Shown here piece after piece: positions 57,862 through 64,000 of a stretch of 64,000 bases of DNA. Source of the DNA: Candidatus Omnitrophota bacterium (GTDB lineage Bacteria; Ratteibacteria; UBA8468; B48-G9; DTJG01); assembly GCA_023819255.1 (NCBI GenBank), contig JAMWBU010000004.1, positions 1,418 through 65,417 of the forward strand, written 5' to 3'. A model generated the notes under the pieces. That model made no database searches. It saw nothing but the letters and a program-made list of their open reading frames with translations, and was not told where the DNA came from. Position numbers and translations under genes: made by a program. The stretch's first letter is position 1. Each line of letters opens with the position of its first letter.

Positions 57862-58236
57862 ATGGAGATTCTGGAACAGTTGAAATTTAACAGCGATGGC
57901 CTTATTCCTGCCATTATTCAGGATGTTTCCGGCAGGGTGCTTATGCTTGGCTATATGAATAAGGAAAGCTTAAATAAATCCATAGAAACAGGCCTGGTTC
58001 ATTTCTGGAGCAGAAGCAGAAAAAAGCTATGGAAAAAAGGAGAAACTTCAGGGCATGTTCAGAGAATTTGTGAGATAAGGGTTGACTGCGATATGGATGC
58101 GCTTCTTTTCGTAGTTGAACAGATTTGCGCCTGTTGCCATGAAGGATATTTTTCCTGTTTCTGGAGGAAATTTGAAGACGGGGAATGGAAGGCAATCGAT
58201 GAAAAAATTTTCAATCCTGAGAGGGTCTACAAATGA
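57862..58236 (+). CDS. hisI: Phosphoribosyl-AMP cyclohydrolase
   Basis: [14 protein letters not shown]-x-x-LW-x-KGETSG, DCDMD, CH-x-G-x-x-SCF. Confidence 0.94.
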   Translation: MEILEQLKFNSDGLIPAIIQDVSGRVLMLGYMNKESLNKSIETGLVHFWSRSRKKLWKKGETSGHVQRICEIRVDCDMDALLFVVEQICACCHEGYFSCFWRKFEDGEWKAIDEKIFNPERVYK

Positions 58237-59558
58237 TGCGCAACCATTACATCAAAGTCGGTTTCATAGTTGCGGTTATCGCCTACTGTTTATGGCAGAT
58301 TTATCCAATTGAAAAGAAGATAAAAAGAGGGCTTGATCTGCAGGGTGGAGTTCATGTTGTTCTGGAGGTGAAGGAGCCACAAGAGGTCGAAAAATCAATG
58401 TCTGATGTCACTCAGAGGGCTCTGGAAATAATAAGAAACAGGGTCGATGGACTGGGTGTAAGCGAGCCTGTAATTCAAAAAGAAGGAACAAATCGCATTA
58501 TCGTTGATCTGCCCGGGGTTAAGGATGCACAGCGAGCCATTGAAATAATTGGAAAGACAGCTCTCCTTGAATTTCGTCTGGTTGAAGAAGATTCAAAAAA
58601 ATTAACAGACGCATTAAGTGGAGATAGCGAAGTGCTTAAGGATTATGAAGTCCTTTATATGAGTCAAAAAGATGAAAGAAATATCGCGAGACAAACCAGT
58701 CCTGTGCTTGTGAAAAGGCAACCTGAGCTTACAGGAGCCGGGCTCAGCGACGCATTTGTTGGGTACGGCGCTTCTGGTTTTCCTGAGGTGAATTTTGTTC
58801 TGAATAAAGAGGGAGCAGTTAAATTTGCCACCGTAACAGGCGAAAACATTAACAGAAGACTTGCCATAGTTCTTGACGGAGTGGTTAAGTCAGCGCCAGT
58901 AATCAGGGACAGGATTCCTGATGGTCGCGGTCAGATCTCAGGCGATTTCACAATGGAAGAAGCAAAAGAACTGGCGGTTGTTTTAAGAGCAGGCGCTCTT
59001 CCAGCAGAGGTAAGGGTTATTTACCAGCAGATTGTGGGTCCAACGCTCGGTAAAGAATATATCGAAAAATCAATCAGGGCTTCTATGTATGGTGTTATTG
59101 TGATTGTCATTTTTATGGTTGCATACTACTATTTCTTTGGCCTTTTAGCGAACTTTGCAATGGCAATTAACCTGTTGATTTTGCTTGCTTTTATGTCGAT
59201 GTTCAAAGGCGTTTTGACTCTTCCTGGCATTGCTGGAATCGCTTTGACCTGCGGAATGGCAGTTGACGCCAATATCCTGATTTTCGAAAGAATAAGAGAA
59301 GAACTGCGGCAGGGTAAATCAGCAAAGTCTTCCATAGAGTCGGGGTATCATCGCGCCTGGTCAGCCATTCTTGATTCAAATATTACAACAATAATCACTG
59401 GATCAATTCTTTTCTTTCTCGGAGAAGGCCCCATCAAAGGTTTTGGTTTAACCCTTTCTGTGGGTATAATTGCAAATCTTTTTACCGCGGTTTTTGCAAC
59501 AAAAGCAATAGTGGATTTTATGGTTGCCAACAGAAGCATTGAAAAGTTGAGGATATAA
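58233..59558 (+). CDS. secD: Protein translocase subunit SecD
   Basis: [49 protein letters not shown]. Confidence 0.96.
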   Translation: MMRNHYIKVGFIVAVIAYCLWQIYPIEKKIKRGLDLQGGVHVVLEVKEPQEVEKSMSDVTQRALEIIRNRVDGLGVSEPVIQKEGTNRIIVDLPGVKDAQRAIEIIGKTALLEFRLVEEDSKKLTDALSGDSEVLKDYEVLYMSQKDERNIARQTSPVLVKRQPELTGAGLSDAFVGYGASGFPEVNFVLNKEGAVKFATVTGENINRRLAIVLDGVVKSAPVIRDRIPDGRGQISGDFTMEEAKELAVVLRAGALPAEVRVIYQQIVGPTLGKEYIEKSIRASMYGVIVIVIFMVAYYYFFGLLANFAMAINLLILLAFMSMFKGVLTLPGIAGIALTCGMAVDANILIFERIREELRQGKSAKSSIESGYHRAWSAILDSNITTIITGSILFFLGEGPIKGFGLTLSVGIIANLFTAVFATKAIVDFMVANRSIEKLRI

Positions 59559-59559
59559 A

Positions 59560-60450
59560 ATGGAGCTTATAAAAAACGCAAACATTGATTTTCTGGGAAA
59601 AAGAAAATGGACATATATTTTTTCTTTAGTTTTGATAGTTGCCGGAATGATTGTTTTTGGGTTGCGTGGGAAGTCGAATTTTGGCGTTGATTTTGTTGGA
59701 GGAGATCTGATTCACATAAAACTCGCTTCGCAGGCATCTGTCGCTTCTATAAGGAGTCAGGTCAAAAATCTCGGCATAACCGAAGTAACTGTTCAGGAAG
59801 TTGGGATGCTGCAGGATGAATTCATAATAAAGTCTCCACCGGGAACTTCTGACAGGATTCTTGAATCTATTGAAGCGGGGTTTGGCAGGGAGAAAGTTGA
59901 GGTACTGGCAAAATCCGTGATTTCTCCTTCAATGAGCGTTACCTTGAGAAAAAGAGCCCTGACTGCGTTTTTTGTGGGGTTAATAGGAATTTTACTCTAT
60001 CTTACTATAAGATTTGAATTTCATTTTGCTGTTTGCGCGACCATCGCTATTTTTCATGATTTGCTGGTGGTGCTTGCCATACTGGCGCTTTCAAAGAAAA
60101 TAATAGATGGAACGATTATTGCTGCATTGCTTACGATTGCCGGTTATTCTGTGAATGACACAATTGTGATTTTTGACAGAATCAGAGAAAATTTGAGGAA
60201 GACGCATTCTAAAAATTATTTTGAGTTGTTCAATCAGTCCATCAATGAAACCTTAAGCCGGACGATTCTAACAGTTCTCACGGTTATTTTTGTTGATATA
60301 CTACTACTGATTTTTGGTGGAGAACCGCTCAAAAATTTTGCCTATACTCTTCTTTTCGGATTTTTGATAGGGACATATTCCTCTATATTTGTAGCTTCAG
60401 CAATTCTGATCGACTGGCAGAGAAAATTTGGTCTTAGATTTAAATTATGA
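59560..60450 (+). CDS. secF: Protein translocase subunit SecF
   Basis: GVDFVGG, FHD, GYSVNDTIVIFDRIRE, TLSRT, GTYSSIFVA. Confidence 0.96.
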   Translation: MELIKNANIDFLGKRKWTYIFSLVLIVAGMIVFGLRGKSNFGVDFVGGDLIHIKLASQASVASIRSQVKNLGITEVTVQEVGMLQDEFIIKSPPGTSDRILESIEAGFGREKVEVLAKSVISPSMSVTLRKRALTAFFVGLIGILLYLTIRFEFHFAVCATIAIFHDLLVVLAILALSKKIIDGTIIAALLTIAGYSVNDTIVIFDRIRENLRKTHSKNYFELFNQSINETLSRTILTVLTVIFVDILLLIFGGEPLKNFAYTLLFGFLIGTYSSIFVASAILIDWQRKFGLRFKL

Positions 60451-61028
60451 AGTTGACAGGCGGTTTTTTCAAGGGCCGTGTTTTATCTTACAAAAAAACA
60501 TCAGGACTGAGACCCACGCGGAGCATTGTAAGAGAAGCGATTTTTGATATGCTGGGCAGCCAGGTCAAGGGAAGTAATGTGCTTGAACTTTTTGCAGGAA
60601 CAGGAGCAATGGGATTTGAAGCGTTAAGCCGGGGTGCTTCGTTTGTAACATTTGTTGACAATTCAATGCAGGCAATAAGACTTCTTTTGAAGAATGCAAA
60701 ACTGCTCAATCTGCGAGGAAATTTAAGAATAGTAAGAATGGGGGCAGAGTTGGCACTGAAAAAATTTGCAGATTCCGGTCACAGGTTTGATATTGTTTTT
60801 GCAGATCCACCATACGGGTTTGGTGAATCGAAATTGTTGCGAATTTTTTCAGGTACGTTTAAGATTTTGAATGATGGTGGGCTGTTTATTCTTGAAACAG
60901 GCAATGAACCTGGTGTTTACAAAAATTTGCGAATTGCGGATTTTCATCTGCTAAAGGAAAAGAAATATGGTTCAGCAAGAGTACAGATTTATCAGAAGAA
61001 AAGAACGTCTGGCTGTGTATCCGGGTAG
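60447..61028 (+). CDS. rsmD: 16S rRNA m2G966 methyltransferase
   Basis: RPT...REAIF, LFAGTGAMG-x-EALSRGA, DPPY. Confidence 0.93.
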   Translation: MKLTGGFFKGRVLSYKKTSGLRPTRSIVREAIFDMLGSQVKGSNVLELFAGTGAMGFEALSRGASFVTFVDNSMQAIRLLLKNAKLLNLRGNLRIVRMGAELALKKFADSGHRFDIVFADPPYGFGESKLLRIFSGTFKILNDGGLFILETGNEPGVYKNLRIADFHLLKEKKYGSARVQIYQKKRTSGCVSG

Positions 61029-61482
61029 TTTTGATCCTGTTACCAACGGACATATTGACATTATTGAAAGAAGTTTGAAGTTCATAGATAAGTTGATTGT
61101 GAGCGTGACTCATCATCCGACCAAGAAGCCCCTTTTTTCTTTCAAGGAAAGGATGGAAATGCTGCAAGGTGTTTTTCGAGACAGAAAGGAGATTGTAATC
61201 GAATACTTTGATGGACTTCTTGTGGATTATCTTGAAAAAAAGGGGGTTTTTCTTGTAATACGAGGTTTGAGAGCTGTTTCTGACTTTGACTATGAATTTC
61301 AGATGGTTTTGACCAACAGAAGGATGCTTCCTCGAATCGAAACGATCTTTCTGACACCGAAAGAGGAATACCTTTATTTAAGTTCTTCTGCTGTAAAGGA
61401 AATTGCGAGATTGAACGGGCCTGTTGAGAGATTTGTGCCGGAAATTGTCGCTGAAAAATTAAGAGAAAAACATCGTTCTTGA
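60967..61482 (+). CDS. coaD: Phosphopantetheine adenylyltransferase
   Basis: YPGSFDPVTNGH, RGLRAVSDFDYE, SSSAVKE. Start uncertain. Confidence 0.95.
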   Translation: MVQQEYRFIRRKERLAVYPGSFDPVTNGHIDIIERSLKFIDKLIVSVTHHPTKKPLFSFKERMEMLQGVFRDRKEIVIEYFDGLLVDYLEKKGVFLVIRGLRAVSDFDYEFQMVLTNRRMLPRIETIFLTPKEEYLYLSSSAVKEIARLNGPVERFVPEIVAEKLREKHRS

Positions 61483-61500
61483 TTTTAACCAGGAGAGTAA

Positions 61501-61701
61501 ATGACCACTTCAAGACGACACAGCAATAGCAGGAGAGATAGCAGGAGAAAAAATAATAAGAAGGTTCTCCAGCCGGCTCTTGTGGCATGTTCCAATTGTG
61601 GAGCGATGAAACTTCCGCACAGGATATGCAGGGAATGCGGCTACTATAATGGGAAGCTCGTTGTTGCCAGGAAGGTCAAAGAAAAACAACCCGGGAAATA
61701 A
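61501..61701 (+). CDS. rpmF: 50S ribosomal protein L32 (zinc-binding form)
   Basis: S-x-SRR-x-x-RR, CSNCG, PHRIC-x-x-CGYY. Confidence 0.93.
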   Translation: MTTSRRHSNSRRDSRRKNNKKVLQPALVACSNCGAMKLPHRICRECGYYNGKLVVARKVKEKQPGK

Positions 61702-62705
61702 TGGTTAGAATTGCTATTGATGGTATGGGCGGCGACCACGCTCCAGCAGCGGTTATTAAAGGAATTCAACTGTTTCTGGAAAAAAAGGGCTGCGATACGG
61801 AAATTGTTTGCGCTTGTCCCGAAGAAAAGTTCAGGCAAGTAATGGACCACGACATTTCCAGTCTCAAACTGACTGCGTGCGATAGCTACATACCGATGGA
61901 TTCAAAATTGTCCCTGTCCGTTTTCAGAAATAAAAACACCACGATGCACAGAATAATTCAGATGCTCAAAAACAGGGATGTCGATGTTGCGTTCAGCGCA
62001 GGTAATACCGCTTTATTTGTTTCTATTGCGATTAGTGAGCTTGGTCTTATTGAAGGCATAGACAGACCCGCGATATGCGTGCATTTACCAAATCTAAAAG
62101 AGCGGGTTACTCTTTTTCTTGATGTCGGAGCGAATGTTTCCGCAAAACCTATCAATTTATTACAGTATGCAATTATGGGAAGTCTCTACGCAAGGGATGT
62201 TGTTGGAATAGAAAATCCATCTGTTGGACTTTTGAATATTGGTGGAGAACCCGGGAAAGGTGATGAACTCAGACAGTCTGCCTATAAAAAACTTTCTGAA
62301 TGTTCTGCAGTGAATTTCGTCGGCAATATAGAGGGACATGAAATGTTTTCCGGCAAAGCCGATGTGATTATTGCTGATGGTTTTTCCGGCAATATTGTTT
62401 TGAAGGTTAGCGAAGGCATTGGAAGAGCATTTAAAAACATCATGCTTCGCGAAATAAACAAGTCCATTTCAGGTAAGATTGGTCTTTTTATTGCAAGAAA
62501 ATCTATTGTGAGCTATGCAAGAAAAACCGATTACGCTGAATACGGAGGAGGTGTTTTACTTGGTGTGCAAGGAATACTGGTCATAGGTCACGGCAGGTCT
62601 TCTCCGAGAGCTATATGCAATGCATTGCAACTCGGCGAAAAAATAGTGCGAAGTGAATTTATTAAAAAACTCACGGAGTATAAAGGAAAATGGGCGCAAA
62701 TATAA
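61701..62705 (+). CDS. plsX: Phosphate acyltransferase
   Basis: IDGMGGDHAP, SAGNT, RPA, LDVGAN, DGFSGN, HGRS. Confidence 0.95.
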   Translation: MVRIAIDGMGGDHAPAAVIKGIQLFLEKKGCDTEIVCACPEEKFRQVMDHDISSLKLTACDSYIPMDSKLSLSVFRNKNTTMHRIIQMLKNRDVDVAFSAGNTALFVSIAISELGLIEGIDRPAICVHLPNLKERVTLFLDVGANVSAKPINLLQYAIMGSLYARDVVGIENPSVGLLNIGGEPGKGDELRQSAYKKLSECSAVNFVGNIEGHEMFSGKADVIIADGFSGNIVLKVSEGIGRAFKNIMLREINKSISGKIGLFIARKSIVSYARKTDYAEYGGGVLLGVQGILVIGHGRSSPRAICNALQLGEKIVRSEFIKKLTEYKGKWAQI

Positions 62706-63679
62706 TAGGGATCGGGTCGTATGTTCCAGAAAGAATTTTGACCAACGCGGATCTCGAAAAACTGGTTGACACGTCGGATGAGTGGATTGTTACCAGAACA
62801 GGCATTAAAGAAAGAAGAATATGTCCTGAGGACAAAGCCGCTTCAGACCTTGGTACTGAAGCAGCGAGAAGAGCGATCGCAGACGCCGGTATTGAAGCGG
62901 GAAAAATAGAGATGATTATCTGCGCAACAATAACAGGCGATATGGTGTTTCCTTCTACCGCGTGTATTATTCAGAACAATCTCGGGATAGAAAATGTTCC
63001 ATGTTTTGACATTTCAGCCGCTTGCTCCGGTTTTATTTACGGGCTTGAGATTGCGAGAAATCTTATTGACACCGGCAGATACAATAAAATTCTCGTTGTT
63101 GCTGCTGAGTGCATGAGCAGGGTTACAGATTATACAGATCGTTCAACCTGCGTTCTGCTTGGAGATGGTTCTGCCGCCGTTGTTATTGAAAGAACTGAAG
63201 ACCGGTTCGGCATTCTGGATACATATCTCGGGGCTGCGGGTAAATTTGGCAACCTTCTTTATGTGCCTGCGGGTGGATCGAGAATGCCGGCGACTCATAG
63301 AACAGTCGAAGAAAAAATGCATTTTATGAAGATGGAAGGCTCTTCTCTTTTTAGAATCGCTGTGGTTGCGATGGGTGAGGCAGTAAAAAAAGTTCTTGAA
63401 AGAAACGGATTTGAGACCAAAGATGTTTCATTAATTATTCCCCATCAAGCCAATATTCGCATTATTCAGGGAGTCGCCAGAATGCTGGATGTTCCCATGG
63501 ACAGGGTATTTCTGAATATTGAAAAATACGGAAATATGTCAGCGGCTTCTGTCGGTGTTGCGCTTGATGAAGCTGTGAAAGCAAAAAAGATCAACAAAGG
63601 TAATCTGTTATGCATGGTTTCTTTTGGCGCCGGGCTTACATGGGCTGCAAACATCATTAGATGGGGGAAAGATGGTTAA
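62690..63679 (+). CDS. fabH: Beta-ketoacyl-ACP synthase III
   Basis: DTSDEWI-x-x-RTGI, AACSGF, PHQAN, GNMSAAS, FGAGLTW. Confidence 0.96.
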   Translation: MGANIIGIGSYVPERILTNADLEKLVDTSDEWIVTRTGIKERRICPEDKAASDLGTEAARRAIADAGIEAGKIEMIICATITGDMVFPSTACIIQNNLGIENVPCFDISAACSGFIYGLEIARNLIDTGRYNKILVVAAECMSRVTDYTDRSTCVLLGDGSAAVVIERTEDRFGILDTYLGAAGKFGNLLYVPAGGSRMPATHRTVEEKMHFMKMEGSSLFRIAVVAMGEAVKKVLERNGFETKDVSLIIPHQANIRIIQGVARMLDVPMDRVFLNIEKYGNMSAASVGVALDEAVKAKKINKGNLLCMVSFGAGLTWAANIIRWGKDG

Positions 63680-64000
63680 TAAAAGAATCGGCGTGGTTTT
63701 TCCGGGGCAGGGTTCTCAGTATGTCGGTATGGGAAAAGAATTTTATCAAAAATATGAAATGGTCAGGGAAATATTTGATGAAGGTAGCAGGATTTGCGGT
63801 TTTGATATAGCTTGCGCGTGTTTCGATGGTCCGATTGAGAAACTTACAGAAACTGAGATATGCCAGGTTTGCATATTTGCTGTGAATTTTTCATGCTGGA
63901 AAGTTTTCCAGCATGAATTTTCAATAACGCCTGTCTTTGCAGCAGGTCATAGCCTCGGCGAATATGCTGCGTTTGCTTGCGCTGGAGCTCTTTCCCGCGA
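63672..64000 (+). CDS. fabD: Malonyl-CoA-ACP transacylase; 3' end runs off the window
   Basis: Not in the track. MVNKRIGVVFPGQGSQYVGMG...AGHSLGEYAA. Confidence 0.93.
   Translation, partial: MVNKRIGVVFPGQGSQYVGMGKEFYQKYEMVREIFDEGSRICGFDIACACFDGPIEKLTETEICQVCIFAVNFSCWKVFQHEFSITPVFAAGHSLGEYAAFACAGALSR

Noticed and set aside
5984-63657. Numerous 60-170 aa ORFs antisense or out of frame within recognised genes (e.g. 6052..6546, 19160..19600, 46740..47240)
   Set aside because: They lie inside well-supported genes and show no recognisable motifs.
1-64000. CRISPR array, IS elements, prophage or defence systems
   Set aside because: No regularly spaced repeats, transposase, integrase, phage or defence motifs seen, and intergenic spaces are too short to hide an array.
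1-64000. Stop-codon reassignment
   Set aside because: Conserved genes are full length under the standard code, TGA terminates many of them, and RF2 is present.

Overview
Gene-dense, AT-rich bacterial chromosome segment using the standard genetic code, with no CRISPR array, transposase, integrase or phage gene. A DUF1559/H-X9-DG pilin-like gene and a free-standing corrinoid protein suggest an anaerobic, PVC-related candidate-phylum organism (inference only). Layout: (1) 1-5.7 kb glycan-degradation locus (GH106-like, oligogalacturonate-lyase-like, pilin-like H-X9-DG protein, secreted beta-helix protein); (2) gap-pgk-tpiA-secG plus a peptide-binding protein; (3) 11.4-20.5 kb sugar-acid operon (IolB/KduI-like isomerase, mannonate oxidoreductase-like SDR, gnd, HAD protein, LarA-family nickel-pincer epimerase, UxaE, transketolase, Cys-rich mini-protein), which reads as a dehydratase-free route from hexuronates to the pentose phosphate pathway with no local kinase; (4) two polyol dehydrogenases coupled to ribD-ribE-ribBA-ribH-nusB; (5) a ~15.5 kb leftward housekeeping run ending in a 1-phosphofructokinase gene frameshifted at a T9 tract, and containing rpsU and a zinc-ribbon small ORF that the ORF track missed; (6) tRNA-Val and a lone archaeal/monoderm-type dnaK; (7) purM, phasin-like gene, ABC1 kinase, obgE, prfB without frameshift, stand-alone coaB, and a CBM9 / NagB-LmbE fusion / AraA-like isomerase / FGGY kinase cluster; (8) hisI-secD-secF-rsmD-coaD-rpmF-plsX-fabH-fabD. 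All family assignments come from motif recognition by eye; no database searches were run.
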